From: Octopus vulgaris
Taxonomy: Eukaryota
Assembly (NCBI GenBank): GCA_951406725.2
Contig: OX597817.1
Location: forward strand, 84,878,001 to 84,942,000
Direction: 5' to 3'
DNA length: 64,000 nt
Shown here piece after piece: positions 28,523-43,345 of the stretch. Positions within the stretch are counted from its first letter, which is position 1. The number at the start of each line of letters is the position of its first letter. The notes beneath the pieces were generated by a model. It had not been told where the DNA came from, did not search any database, and was given only the letters and a program-made list of their open reading frames with translations. Both the position numbers and the translations under genes were made by a program.

Positions 28523-31500
28523 TTAACCAAAGACTAAATTATTCAACATGTCCCTTTCTGTTTAAGGTGGTCACAAAAGATTTGAGGGAAATTTAGCTGC
28601 TATTTAAAGCAGGTCAAGTGGCCATACAGAGACTGCCTCATTGTCATAGCTAAAGAAAATTAATTGATGATTGTGTGTGTTATAGTCTGCTACATAGTTG
28701 GTTGTTAACCAGAATAAGTGTCAATGCTTTTGCAATAAAATAAGGAAAATAAATGAGAGTTAATAGAAATAGAGGTCAAGAATACAAAGTGCTGAGTAAA
28801 CTCATTTGAAAACCTGCAACCTGTATGGAAAATATAATCAAAACCTATATATATATAATGTATAAGCTGAAAACATGTTGGTAACAAAATGCGAAAAAGG
28901 GGATAAGATGTAGGTTACAAATTGTAAGATGTGGTAACATAGTTAATGCATGGAGCATAAAAAAGTTGACTTACAAGTAATTTTCATTTTTCTAGCAAGT
29001 ATGATAGACAACTCTAGACATGTTTTGGTCTTGTGAACTTATTAACAAAGCACAACCTTTATCATAATTGCCAAAATAGTAATGAACAAATCAATAAGTA
29101 GATACACAAGATTTTAAATTTATCAGCATCAGAAAATAGGTTTAAAGATTTAATTATTGAAATACAGAGGGCATCTCTCAATTATTCATCCGTAAACTGA
29201 ATGAGATATAATCTGTTATTTAACAAGTGGTACTGAGAAAACAATAGGTAGGGGTTTTGCTTTTCCCCCACTCACACCCCCAAATTAAGTTTAGCAGAGC
29301 CTCTAAAATCATCATCATCATTGGTGTAATGTCTTCTTTTACAATAGACAAGGATAGATGTCTGGATGTTGAGGAAAAGTTTTCAACAGCCAGATACCCT
29401 TCCTGTCACTAACCCTCATCTGTTTCCACGCAAGGTAATAATTCCCCAAGTTTATTGAATGACAAATAGTCTGAAGAAGTTTTCTATGGAGAAATGCAGA
29501 CATGGCTTGTATGAATGTCAAGACAAAGGAAAGAGTCACATACACCCACACACACACATACAAACATTTTAACTGTTTATATTCATACCACTATTTTGTT
29601 TGGTAGTTATTCTATCATTCTCATAAAATACAAAGTGCAAGAAATAGCATAAGAGCCAATTCAACTGAACATTACACACAGCAGAGTATTTTTGTTTAAA
29701 TGCATCAGTTCTTATCCAATGTTGATATAAATAGCATAATGTCAAACCTCCTATATCAGATATTATTCAAATCATTTCTTAGTTTATTTCCTGCCATTTA
29801 TTAATTTCCATGTTTTAATAATGTATATTACTCTCACCAGTTAAATTGTTTAATCACTGCTTTGAAAAACTCAATAAAGAACAAAGCACATTTTGTCAGC
29901 ATAGCATAGCATAGCATAGCACGCACGCATGCACACACATACACACACACACACTGCACTTTTGTACAGCTTCCATCAATCAAATTTCAAGTTACAAGCT
30001 GAAGTACTTGCATTGAGATTGAACATGGAACTGCATGATTATGAAGCAAATTTCTTAACTACACAACCATCTTGATTATTCAGTATGAGAAATATTAACA
30101 GAACATTCCATTTAAATCTTGTAAATATATCATAAATATATTTAGCAGTCATCTGGGATAGAAAGCAGAAAAAGAGGCACTTTTGTTGAGGTGGCCATCC
30201 AAAAATCAATAAAAATAACATTTATAGACAGTTTGGTTCAGAACTTCGACCTTCTTTATAATGATTTGCACGAAATTTACTATTGCAGTTGGTCATGTCA
30301 TTTTGTATTGTACTTTGAAGAGTTGCAGTTCTAATATTACAAAACCAGGGAGTTTTTAACACATGCTCTGAAAATTTATATCCACAACAGTAAAAATGTG
30401 AAACTTTTAAGTCCAACATATATCCTCTTATAGTTGTTCTAAATTACAATGGTAGTACCTTGTTTTTTAGTGAACAATATCTAAGTTGAGACCCAAAGAA
30501 TAAACAACACACATACAAATGAATCTTTAAATAAAAAAAATGGTTGAGCTACAAAAAGTGCATTTTATCTATGTATGGTACTGCAATGTCTAATCTAAAT
30601 ACAAATACAATAATATAAAACTGCCTCATTTTTTTTAAACAATACATTTATAACTATAAACATTGGTAATGTGTTAAGAAATGTATAAAAGAGATTTAAA
30701 AAATTCAGTTTACATAAAAATACAGCCATTAAATGCTTTTGCATCAAGAGATATTAAAAAAATAGCTGTTATCAAACAATCAGATATTGCAGTATACATA
30801 TTGATACATGCAAGCTATAGAGACACAACACAATTTACATAAGAAACAATATTGTGAAAAGTAAGCCAACTAGGAACCAAAACTAGTAAATAAAAGGTTA
30901 GGTGGTCTCCTCTCTGTGACACCACAATAATGGTTTAACTTTTAAATTAAAAACAATTCAGACTGAATTTTCAAATTTTCTCTAGTGTTTCATCATCACA
31001 TGGATTTTATAAGGAAGGGGGAATAATTAACTGAACCAGCACATATGCTTATTACATTTAACAACTCTAAACAACTGAAAGCAATAACAGATTTTAATTT
31101 TTAAAAAATCTATTACAATTTATTACAAATTTTACTAACAAAAGAAAAAATGTATGGTTAACCCTCTAAACTTTTTGTTTTAAATATCATGCCCATCAAT
31201 ATCATCTGATAATTTTGGTGGCAATGAAGATTCATAAAATCAATAGATTACAAATTGTAACAGTAAGGAAAAAACTTTAAATATTTCAACCCAAGATAAA
31301 ATGGAGATTAGCATAAATGATCTAGTGCCAGTGTTACAGTTGGGTTATGTTAGATATTTCATTAAATAGAATATGGCTTATATATTTAGTAATTGATGAA
31401 AACTTGACACATCTGTCAAAATTCTGAAAAAAAACCACCATACTAACAGCACCTCCAATATTTTGATAATTTAATATTGATTAATAAACAACTGCTAAAT

Positions 31501-34500
31501 GACATTTTAAAACAATTTTCAAAACACCTTTTTATTTTTAAATCAGTGACATAATTTTCTTAAATTTTGGATAGATATTAATATTAATTTCTAAAGTTAA
31601 TATATATATTTTGAATTCTTTCTTTGTCTACTATGAATATTATTTCTGGTATCAGTGTTTTATACTGTTTTAATCCTTTGCTAAACTAAACATAATTTAT
31701 CAAAAAACATGGGATTCCTAAGACAAGATACAAAAGGCACTATATTTTAGAAGGGTAAAATAAATTGACATTCTAATCAAAGGCATAAGTGAAATAATAA
31801 ATGGCTCCACAAAGAATCAAAACCACATCATATAATATACTTTTCTCCCAAGGGCTTTACATTTTATATTAATTGTGCCTAAAAAATTTAAAGACTTAAA
31901 TCTTAAATGCATTTTTGAACTAAAACAGAAAAAAACAGAAACAAAAATAATTTGTAGTTGACTTAAAAAAACAATATGAAAATGAAAACCATTAAAAATG
32001 ATTAAATGTTAAATGTAATATGAAATAGATATATATGTGATTATCCAAATTCTAATATATCCCTTAATATATACAAATAATGACAATCTTTATATGCCAC
32101 ATGAATTCATGCAAAATATTTTTTTAAATCATGCAAACATATAAAAATCAATTTCAACCAAGCAATGATTTGAAAGAATAGTTAGATACAGTTAATACAT
32201 TTAGACACAATTTAATTAATGTAACATGCATAATATCGTTTCAGTTGGAATGTCAGAGATTACATTCTATACACACATAGATCCATTATGCACATATACA
32301 CAAGGTTATGTTGTTTGAAATTTACCAATGATAAACCTCACAATGCAATAAAAAAAAAAAGCACCGGTACTAATGTTTTATTATGTCAAAGCTTTATAGG
32401 AAAACATTTTAAAAAATTTAGCTAAATTGTAATTTTGATAAAAAAATTCATACTTAATATAAGTTTGAAGTTGAAATGCAGGAATTTTTGTAACAATATT
32501 TTAAACCTCACTAAACAATTGTTAAAACATGTTGAGGTAACTTTATAGTAAATGGCAATTGCTAAGTCTACCCCACACCATTTCAAGTTTCAGAATACAT
32601 TGATATATTTACAATATTACTGAGTGTGAATTAAAAACAAAAGTAAACAAATTTAATAATTGAATGAGGTTTTTCTCCCACACAAAATATAATCAACTGA
32701 ATTAAAAATACTATTGTTCATCAAACAGCTCAGTTAAAAAGCAAGCATGTTTGGTCAAAAGTAACATTCAAACTTACATGTGTCTATGTGTGAGTGTATG
32801 TTTATATATATATATATATACACATACATACACCCACACACCCAAACACATTTATATATTTACTAACAACATTTTGAGAGAGAAAGTCACAAACCCAATG
32901 ATGAGAAATGAACAATACATCTCTTATGTATCAGACAAACATGCTATACTACAAGCATCTCATGGATTCTAAATCATATTTAGCAAGAAATGTCTTTCTG
33001 TAGTATCAAGTACTTCAGTATAAAGTTAACAGGCTTTCTCTAACACTTAACTTATTGCTAGGTTTCTTCAACTAGAGTGTAATATAGTGAGGGCTGTGTT
33101 GGTATATTAAGGAGTACAGATGTACACTTGCTGCTGAATTTGAAAAACCAAAGCTGCTATAGAATGAACAGTAGCATATTTGCCTAGTAAGCAAGAGATA
33201 TGTGGTTTAACTTACACCATGTAAGTTTGTTTATTATTTTTCTCTCAAATTATTCTTTGCAAATGTGCAATGTGTCATTGCATGTACTAACATATTACAA
33301 GGTACATTGTCATTCAGTTTGATATGATCTGTTTGTGTTAACAAAAACAGAAGGTTCAACACAATATATTTGGAGAAGCATATGTATCACAATAAACTAA
33401 GTAAACACCAAAAAAATAACCTCAATTTAATTGAAAGAGAGGAATACATTTAATATACAAGCATGGAACACTCAGAGTACTTGAAGTTTCCCAGCAAGCC
33501 ATGAGTATGGCTTCACCTGACAGATTAATGGGGGTATGTGTGTTGATTACCAATTAGAAATCAAATTACTTCATACATGCAGCTTGCTGGGAAACTGAAT
33601 ACAATATGTTCTGTATGTGTGTGTGTGTAGTGAGAGAAGGAGAGGAGAAAAGGAGAACTAAACAATATGAAAAATTAGCTAACTATAGCCAGTAAATATT
33701 ATGAAAAATATTTTGTTTGTAAAGTTACTAGCAAAAAAAACAGCCATGTTCATAGAATACAAGTAAATTTCACAAGTATGTCTTTAAACAATGCAAAATG
33801 AAGATTAAAGAAAGAAAAAAACAACCAAAACCCCCATTAACATAACATTTCTTCCAAACTTGATTTCTACTGATAAACATATCAGTCAATCACTGATTAA
33901 AGCTTTAGTCCATACTGTCAGTATTTCCAAATATTTCTTTGATGTTGCAGCTAATGCAAAACTATCAAAGATTACACATATTCACTATAAAGGGTAAGGG
34001 TTGAATTTCTTGTAAAAATAGCAGATGAAGTCCAAAAAATTTGAGCAATAAGAAAATGTAAAAAAAAAAAAAGATTCAAATTATTGAATTTCTATTTTTG
34101 ATTTTCAATAGACAGTTCACAGTTCTACAAATTTCTTCTGATTAACAATTTTGGTTATATAAATCATAGGAACATAATGTATCAAAGGAAATTTGACATG
34201 AATGCCTCATATGTGGTAACAAGCAACACATGCATGCAACTTATTATACATGATCATTAAAAATTAACTGCAAATTAATTTCCAACTGTTTTAACTTATT
34301 ACTAAATCCTGCAACAACTGTTTCATGATCAATTAACTATTTGCACTTGTAAAATTTTAAGGTAATATTTTTTAATTATTAATTATTATTATTTTGATCT
34401 AGTGTGCAGGGGCCCATTAATTGTTCTATCATTTTTACATTAATGTTTCCATGTTAACATGAGTGGGACAGGGACTTACCTGAGACAAGAATTTATAATT

Positions 34501-35351
34501 AGATGCTCTTTCAGTACCCAATTCAAGCCTATTTTTCAGGTAAAAGACTATCTTTTAATCCACAGTTCTGTGGATTAAAAGGTTGTTGCATAGTACAACC
34601 ACATGACAACTGGTTGTACTATGAAACAGTGACAAGATGTGCAATACTAACATTTGCACATACATACACTTGTGTATGCACATATATTTCTTACATTTTT
34701 TAATGCATTTCAACCCAAAGGCTGTGGCCATGCTGGAGCACCACTAGTAACATCAACTTTTTAATGGCCATTCTCATGTGGTTGGCTTTTTATGATATTG
34801 CTACCTTTGTTTGAGTTTCTTGCCATGATGTAGGTTCATCTGGGGTTTTGGACAGCAGAAGGTCAAAGTGCTTCTTGAAAACAACTAACCCTACTCTATG
34901 TAGATCTCTCAGTTTTTTTTGGCAAGATATTAAATAACTGTGAGCCTTTGAATCCCAAGCTACTACAGTATCTAGTCCTTACATGCATACACAAACAGAC
35001 TTCCTATAGTTTCTGTCTATCAATTTCACTTGTAAGGCATTGGTTGGGACTATAAGACATTTGTTCACAGTACCATGTAGTGGGAAGTATAGAATGAATG
35101 TCATATTTCATTATAAATGTGTTTGCTATTCATCTACCTATTATTTGTAGTGGAGTTCTCTATCTCAAATTAATTTTTAGGTCAATTACTTCAGATGCTT
35201 AAATGTTACAAAATTGTAAGTACTTCGAAATAAAAAATTATGCATTTGATGAAAAGTTATGAACAACTTGAATGCAGAGATGTGGTGTGGGAACAACAAG
35301 CAAACATTAAATGTAATATTTACAAATATATTTACCAGTTAACTTCCTTAA

Positions 35352-35622
35352 CTGGCACTCCATCAGTTATGATGATGAGTGTTCTGATCAATGGAACAGC
35401 TTGCTCATGAAATTAATGGGTAAGTGGTTGAGAACTCTACAAGCATGAGTACCCTTAATGTAGTTCTCAAGGAGATTCAGTATGATACAGAATGTGACAA
35501 GGCTGGCCCTTTCAATTACAGGTACTACTCATTTTGCCAGCTAAGTGAACTGGAGCAACATGAAATAAAGTGTCTTACTCAAGGACACAACATGCCACCA
35601 GGCATCGAACTCCTGACCTTAT
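35352..35622 (-). mobile_element. SINE relic
   Basis: Shares the core ctcattttgccagctaagtgaactggagcaacatgaaataaagtgtcttactcaaggacacaac with the SINEs at 18.7-19.2 kb and 57.1-57.4 kb, but has a different 3' part. Confidence 0.65.
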
Positions 35623-36294
35623 ACAGAAGCTATACATATGAAGGATAAAAAAAAAAGATAATTTTATTTCTATCAATCCTTTCCTTTTTTAAAATTTTTT
35701 TTTGAAAACTATAGTTTAGGTGATATTTTCCTGATGTTTAAAGAGTAATATTAAGATAATTACTTTTCAAAATACAAGTTTCTCTTTGGTTATGCATACT
35801 GGCCTTATCTTTTAGAGAGAGAGAGAGGTATTAAGAAGTTTTGCTCTTCATGGCTTTCCCAAGAGTATTATTGGTGGAAGTAGGGTATTATAAATGAAGT
35901 GGTGCAAACAAAGCTCATTATAGTACAATTTCAGATTTTTGGGAAGTTTACTGATTACACTACAATTTCCTTTGGAGAGACAGAACCAACCATTGCAGAG
36001 GAATGTTTAGAACAAATTACCAGGACTTATCTTATCAACTCCAATAAAGAGTGAAAAGCAAAATTTACATAGCTAGAATTTGAACTCAAAACACAGAATG
36101 AGAAGACAACAACAGATTGTTAAAAATCTTGAGCCCAAATTTCTGAGTATAGATATCTAAAATATTTAGACAACTAATATAAATGTAAAATGTCTCCTAA
36201 GCTTTTAAGAGAAATTGTTAACTTCAGTTCCATTGCATAAAAAGATGCTAGTCTGCCACATGTATCATTTGTAGATGATCTATTGTCTATTTTC

Positions 36295-36720
36295 AGTGAG
36301 CCACCATCATCATGCTTGCATGAATCTTCTCCAGTACAGTGTCTTGCCACATGTTACGATTCTTGTTATATGCCTCGTGAAGTTTAACCTTCAGAGGTCA
36401 GTTTTTACCACTTCTTCCAATAACTTTTTCACTCTCCCTCTTCTGCAAGTCCCTTTCATTTCTTCATCCAACTATCTTCTTTCATATGCATCATATATCT
36501 GTACCAGTGCCATTTTGCACAGCATAGTTCATTATTCTCATACCTAATTTTTCTCTCAGCTTGTTTGTGCTCCACCATTTTATGCACATTCAAATGAATA
36601 TACTCACTTTATTTATTTCTAGTCTTTACACACCATCTGCATTCAATAATCATTTTATTTCCTATTATGTAATATCTCACTTCATATACTAGCATCATGT
36701 AACCTTTTACTGACAGCAGA
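36295..36720 (-). mobile_element. Very degraded RTE 3' fragment
   Basis: Weak GTCRRGR..EVVKTDL motif shared with the 47850-48100 and 63700-63915 fragments. Confidence 0.4.
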
Positions 36721-39700
36721 AATAACAGTTCTGTTTCTATTTGGCCACTATACTTTCAGAGCACCTACCTCCTATGTTGATTAGGTCACCTATTTAAGAG
36801 AAACTGAACTACTTCTACAAAGCCTTATTAGCATTTGAAAGAGTTAAATCTTAGGTGGCAAGGACTCAACCATTGCTAAAGAAAACTTTTAGATTAAGAG
36901 CCCTCATTTCAATGATATATTATCTTTTTTTTTTTAAGCATAAGGTGGGAATATAAAGTAAATGGACTGTAATATATCAATAAATATTTGTGAAAGCTTA
37001 AAAATAAAAAAATAAAAAACGAAAGGCAAGTGATGTATATTCAGCTCATTAGAACTCACTGTTCTATCTAAATAATTTTCTAGGACTTTAAAACCCTGTA
37101 AAATACTATGAAGAGCAGAGTAATTTTTATTACTACTTTTAAAGGGGTTTAAAAAAGGATGTAGATACAGCCTCATTTTCTCAAATTAATAAGATATAGT
37201 ATCAGTGTAAATGAGATGTAAAAAAAAAAGAAAAAAAGAAAGAAAAGGAAAGACTTTGGGATGATGACCTGCTAAAAGGCATATCATATATTTTTTCCTG
37301 TTTGACTCAAAACAACTTTTTAGTTGCTACATAGTTAAATATTTATTGCAAGCATGGTTTCTCAGACTCACTAAAAACCTCAGTATGCTGTTGAATACCA
37401 CCATGACGTTAAATTGCGACAGTTAATAAGTCATAGACATTCACAGCTCCACAATATATAAACATGACAATTATACAATATTTTTATTGCTTTCTGTCAT
37501 CTTAAATAGATTTAATGATTCATTAGAATATTTAAATTTCTGTATTATCTTCTGGCATAGGGATGATCGGTTGTGCTAGAGTAATTTAATTCTCAATAAG
37601 AATTGGTGCCCTCCAAAATGGGTTGGAATTAAATCTCGTTTGTTCAATTTTTGGCAGGTTTTCTACATATGGATCTCCTTCCTATTGACTGGAAGCATTT
37701 TATCATATCAACAACACTAGAGAAGTTGTCATGTTACCCTAAAGGGTCCTCGGTACTGCGCTGTCTTCATTCATTATAATAAATGTTTTACACACACACA
37801 CACACACTAAAATATGCTTAAATACAGTAAGGAACAAAAAAAAAAACTACATAATGAATCAAAACATCAGAACTGCTGCTCTAAAATTATATATCTAATT
37901 CTGTAAAAAAGATTGGAAATTTATTACAGTATTTTTATTCAAAAGAGTATTAAACCTCAAATTCATTTGATGAATTACAGTGTCTAACAGAGCACTGAGA
38001 AGTGGTATTTCTAACTGTTTCTTCATTCAGTACACAAAAGCACATTTGAAAGTACAAAACAGAAATAAAAGAACTAAAAAGTTAAAAACAACAATTCATC
38101 AATTTATCAGTATAATTTACAACTTAGGGAGCAAATAATAAAAATAGTGTTTGAGTAACAGGCAGGGGCAACAAAACAATAAAACTTGCCCCAAAGTAAA
38201 ACAGATGTAACACAATAACAACATCAATAATCTCTGCTTCATAAAAATTTATGTAGAACAAACAGTGTAAGTTACAGTAATAATAACAACATAAGGTAAG
38301 TCCAGTAACAACATAAGTCCAGTAATAATAACAACATAAGATACGCTATAACAACTTCATAATATACTCTCAAACAACTAAGATTTTGTTGTAATGCAAA
38401 TGTCAAAATTGTTTAGACAAACTTTATTTCTAAACCAATCAAAAAAACATTTTGTGCAATAAATTTACATTCTCCAGTTATACTAATAAAAACTAACAAA
38501 TTTTATACATGATATTACAGTTGAATAAGTTCTTAGAGGCAATACAAAGATTGAAGAATAGTAAATGGTATTGGGGTAGCTAAATTAAACCAGCAGTTTA
38601 CATTAGGTTGGGAGTTCCATTTTAGATCTTGCACTAAGATTTACTATTTCTGTAGCAAGTTAATTATTCTTTATGAAGTAATATTAAAAATTTAGTTTAT
38701 GAATACCATTTCGTATCAGACTCTGAAACTAAAAATTTATATAAATTTAAAATAAAAATGGAAGTCCAAAATCCATAATTCTAATTCAAAACTAAAAATG
38801 CCTCTTTACTGATAAACATAAAATCCTAAATCTTTATCAACAGAAATAATAGCCTCTTCCAGAAAGTTCTTACATACTAGTTCAGTGAAAAGACTAGGAA
38901 TGAATAAAAAAGCTTTAAAATTAATATCAGAGTTAATATTCAATAAGAAATTTTAGCTTTATGCAAATATCCATCAATATACAGTCATATACTCTGTAAT
39001 CTTGTCATTGAAGCTATTATAAAAGAAACTAAATTGGACATAGTGAGTTCTCTAAACAAATAATTTGGCTCTCATGATGTAATCAATCTAGAAGCAGTAA
39101 AAGTTTGAAATACAAAGTGATGTTGCCTCCAGTAAAAATGGTTGGAAGTGGGTAAGATCAATACAAAGTCATTTACTAGTGTTCTAGAACATCTAAGGCT
39201 CAACAATGGGAGAGTAGCCATGATTCTTGTATGTGTGTGTGTGTATGTGTGAAGAAAGAGAAGGAGAGAGAGAGAGAGAGAGCTGATAGAAGTTTAGTTT
39301 TATGTAAACATGAACCATAATAGAGTTTTACTTCAACTAAAAATCAATACAATACACCCTAAGCAACTATTAGCATGGGCAGCCATATAATGAAAACAGT
39401 GAATCACACTACTGGCCTACAGGAGACAACAGATTAAGTTATATTACTTAAAAGACATAATTAGCATAGGTAAGGAATCAATTATAATACAAAGTCTAGA
39501 ATATAAAGTTTAATGACAATGATATATGGCAGTGAACATTTGAGAACTTCGTGATGTAATAAGGATCTGTATCACTACTACAAGCGTATGTTAAGCAGTA
39601 CAATGGACAAATATAGGATCAGTGAGATGTTTAAAATCATCTATAGGAAATAAACTTTCATAAATGAAATGAAATAGGGATAGCATGTTTCAAAATATGG

Positions 39701-39778
39701 TGTTGTGTACAGAAATCTAAAGCCAGCACAAAAATGAACATTTTATATTGGTAACAATGATAATTCTGCAATTTAAGA

Positions 39779-40153
39779 ATAACAAGAGCATTCAGAAAGT
39801 GCAAACCTCTGCCAACGCAACACCAACATCCTCTCAACAATTAGCCAGAGATGATTTTTTAAATGAGAATATCTGAAATAAACTTGACTACTCTTACAAA
39901 CAAGAATACTAAAAATGAACCTGACCACTCACAAAAATTAAGTAAAAAAAAGTGGAAAAACAATCAAGAATCCTTGTCCAGTACTGGATCAATTCCAAAA
40001 TCTAATCAGTTCATGCCAGTCACAAGGCCATACATCTCTGAAAGTTTCATCCGAATCCATCCTGCAGTTCTTGAGATATCTTGTCCATAGACAAACAAGC
40101 AGACAAACACGACTGAAAACAACACCCCTGCCTTCGCTAAGGTGGAGGTAATA
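39779..40153 (-). mobile_element. Non-autonomous Helentron-like element (HINE / DINE-1 architecture)
   Basis: Minus strand starts TTATTACCTCCACCTTAGCGAAGGCAGGGGT (sub-terminal repeat plus hairpin), then a (GTTT/GTCT)n tract. It ends ...TTGGCAGAGGTTTGCACTTTCTGAATGCTCTTGTT (sub-terminal inverted repeat, small stem-loop, TT). Confidence 0.6.
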
Positions 40154-40559
40154 ACATTGTACATATACAGTGGAATAAGTTTAGGTAACTAATGTTGAAT
40201 GATAAGAATAAAATAAAAATGGTTGAATCACCACAAAATGTTGCAATTAGTGCCTGCTACTGTAAATAATGTTACATAATAATTCTTTCTACTATAAGCA
40301 CAAGGCTTGAAATTCCATGGGAGGGGCCTAATCAGTTATAGGTATAAGGCTTGAAATTTTGTAGGCAGAAGGGATAGTTACATTGACATCACTGGTACTT
40401 TATTTTATCAACCCCAAAAGGATGAAAGGCAAACATAACCTCAGTGGGATTTAAACTCAGAATGTACTACTAAAAGATACTGTTATGAGTACCTACTACT
40501 GCATCTATGCTCTTGTAAACTTTTGTCTCTATTGTCACATATGTTCTGCTTAAAAAACT

Positions 40560-42150
40560 GCCACTGACTTAGTCATGGGATTTCTCTGAAAGTGTTCAAT
40601 GACTTCACACAATCAGACTTGGAGCTGACCCTTAATCTAATTGGGTGGAAGGCACCAAATTCTACCTTAAGGGAAAAAAAAACCTACCCAATGTTATCCC
40701 TAATCTGTCACCTGGTTCTTTAAGCTGATAATTACTAAGTCCTGTGAATTTTATATTATCAGATGCCAAATTCATTCAATCGAAAGTGAACAACATTCTC
40801 AAAGACCTTATTCAGTTGAGTGACTCACCTTATTGAATACTAGTACATGTCATTAACAATAACAGAAAAAAGCAGGCTAGTTGTGAACTTCACTAAAACT
40901 ACTTAAATTCACCCACTTAGTTATCTGCTGCCGAAATTATATATAGTTAACAAAATATCTTCTAGCATGAATATATAACATGTACCACTTTGTCATGGTG
41001 TCTTCCAATGATAAGGTATACACAGCTCTTGATAGACCACATCTCTATGAATTGTAAAAAGAAAGATGAACAAAACAAAGAATAGCTAATTTTTAAAAAC
41101 TTGTTTGTAATTAACTAGATAAAATCTAAATTAACTGTATTTTAGTCGTAACTGCACCCTAACTCCCTCACCTTTAACTCCGTTTCAGGATTGCTTATTA
41201 ACAGTAACAAATGTTTCTTTATCTCATACAATGAGCGTGTTTGCTTAATATTCCTAACAGGTTCCTCACTTCTCTCAACAAATAATCCTCTATTCAAAGT
41301 TCAGTTTCTACTCTAACAACAATCAGTGACATAAAAACAATTAATATGAGGTCTGTAGAGGATAAAATAGATGAATATATGGGGCAACTCTTATTCTAAA
41401 TGCTAAATTCTCTCAGAGTCTAAATTCTACTTTAGGCAAATGGTTTACTCTAGAGATTGAACAGAAATCTATAGCTTATATGTTCACAATAAAACAAATA
41501 TTAAAATGAAATAAATGATTAGAACTCATGCAAGCCTGTTACATAGTCATTCAGGTTACCTTAATTTCATCACAGATGCACTATGTGACTTTTGTGGTGC
41601 TGCTTTGCAGACTAACATCTTGTTACTCAACAAATTCCTCTGCCACTTTGGCATTACAAAATGTATAGATTTTATCTAGGAATGGACCCTTCTGGATTTG
41701 ACAGAGGACTATAAACATGCTGTCACTGGATTCTAGAATGTTATGTTATCATCTAAGACCACATCAGCTCAAATCTGAGTTCCTTTGACCAGATAAGCAT
41801 TAATTTTAAGGGTTTGTTAACTTCAATGTCAAGCAGTACATATCAATTGTCATCAATGAAGGTAGCCTTCTATTTTCTTTCCCTTGTCGCAACATTTCTT
41901 TCTTAACTGTTATTTCTTTCTTGCCCATGATATTTTCTATTTTTTGGTTTTACCAGAAATGTCCACTCAAATTGAAGAAACACCTTCTTGTCTTCTGAAC
42001 AAACATCTTCCTTGTGTAATTGGGGTATTCTAATTACCTGCTCAGTCTATACCATCCAACAAGAAATGGTGAGCATTATGCTGGTATCATCTGAAAAACC
42101 ATAACATTAGCTCTAGAATAAAAAAAATCTACTGACCCAATACAGAAGAT
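40560..42150 (+). mobile_element. Highly decayed Ty3/Gypsy pol relic (RT N-terminus and integrase)
   Basis: RT-like remnants near 40730-40970 (ITKSC..AKFIQSKVNNILKDLIQLSDSPY..RLVVNF). Integrase-like remnants at 41640-42120 (LCHFGIT.., NFKGLL, FPC..TVISFL..IFSIFGF..VHS, YHP..NG..YAGII*KTITLAL). No LTRs identified. Confidence 0.55.
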
Positions 42151-42819
42151 TCTGTTCCACTTAACACCTTATACTTGGTGTAAACTGAATATATTTACAT
42201 GTCTCTGCCTGTTTTATAAAATAATGAAATCCCCAACATACAGACATTAAATTTCTCTGTGATTGAGAATATAATAAAAAAGGTACTCAGAGACTTAGCT
42301 CTGTTACAAGATACTTAACGTTAGCCTTATCTGGGGTGCAACAAGAGCGCACCAAGTGAAATCCTCAACATTCTTGAAAATAACCTTGTCTTGTCTATCC
42401 TGATGACCTATAAAGCACTGACACAGCAAACTGATCAAACACTACAAACTAATCAACCATCTACATTTGTGCTGCATCAGTATACTTGTTTCAGAAAATC
42501 TAGAGAAAGATATGGCAGCACATAAATGTGTATAGGGTAGGGATAGGAGGGTGATCCAGAGCAATCTTTCATACATAGGCCTATTCAAAGGTAATGGAGT
42601 CAGAGTGGATGAGAATGATGCAGTCAACATAGTTAATGGGGGAGGTGGAGGGCCATGAAATGATAAAGAGGCAGGCAAGTGGGTAGTGTGAACATAAATA
42701 ATTGAGAGGAGAGTCAAGGATGCAAGATAAGGAGCAGCAAATGTAGCTATAGCAGGGAGGGTACAAAATATCTCTCATCCTAACACCACTCTTGTGTCTT
42801 GCCATGGGTGCTTGGGTTT

Positions 42820-43345
42820 TCTGCAGCACCACATATCACCAAGCAGAATAATCCTCATCATTTCCTTTGTGAGATGCAGCATCTTCAGGTCAACCTTCAC
42901 TACTTTATCCCAAATCTTCTTTGGCATTGCTCTTCTGTAGGTTCTGCTAACTTGGAAAGCTTAGTACTTCCTTATGCAGCAGTCATCTCCCATATGCACC
43001 ACATTCTCAAGCCAGTATAGTCTCTTATGCATTATAGCTGATTCCTCTTATACCCATGTATAGCTGACTCCTCTTCTACCTCATTTATACTCTTTGTTAG
43101 TTGTGCCCACTAACATAACACATCTGTTGAAGCAATGCTTACTTCATTTCTTCCTAGCATTTGCAGGTCTTCTGCATTGAAGGCTCATGACTCATTACCA
43201 TGCAGTGTTGCAGTTCTAACACAAGCATCACGCATTCTACTCTTCACCCTGAGGAAAATGTTTGTTGCCAGCAGAGGTAATATCTCCTTAAGTTTTTTCA
43301 ACCCATTCTTACTCTAGCTAGTATACTTTCTGAATGACCACCTGT
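42820..43345 (-). mobile_element. RTE LINE fragment
   Basis: Remnants such as RMG*KNLR..LPLL..FSLRVKSRMRDACVRTATLHGNES*AF..EDLQMLGRNEVSI..MCYVS, typical of the RTE post-RT region. Confidence 0.6.

Noticed and set aside
38276-38340. Short local duplication agtaataataacaacataag / agtccagtaa
   Set aside because: Ordinary slippage duplication with no functional sign.
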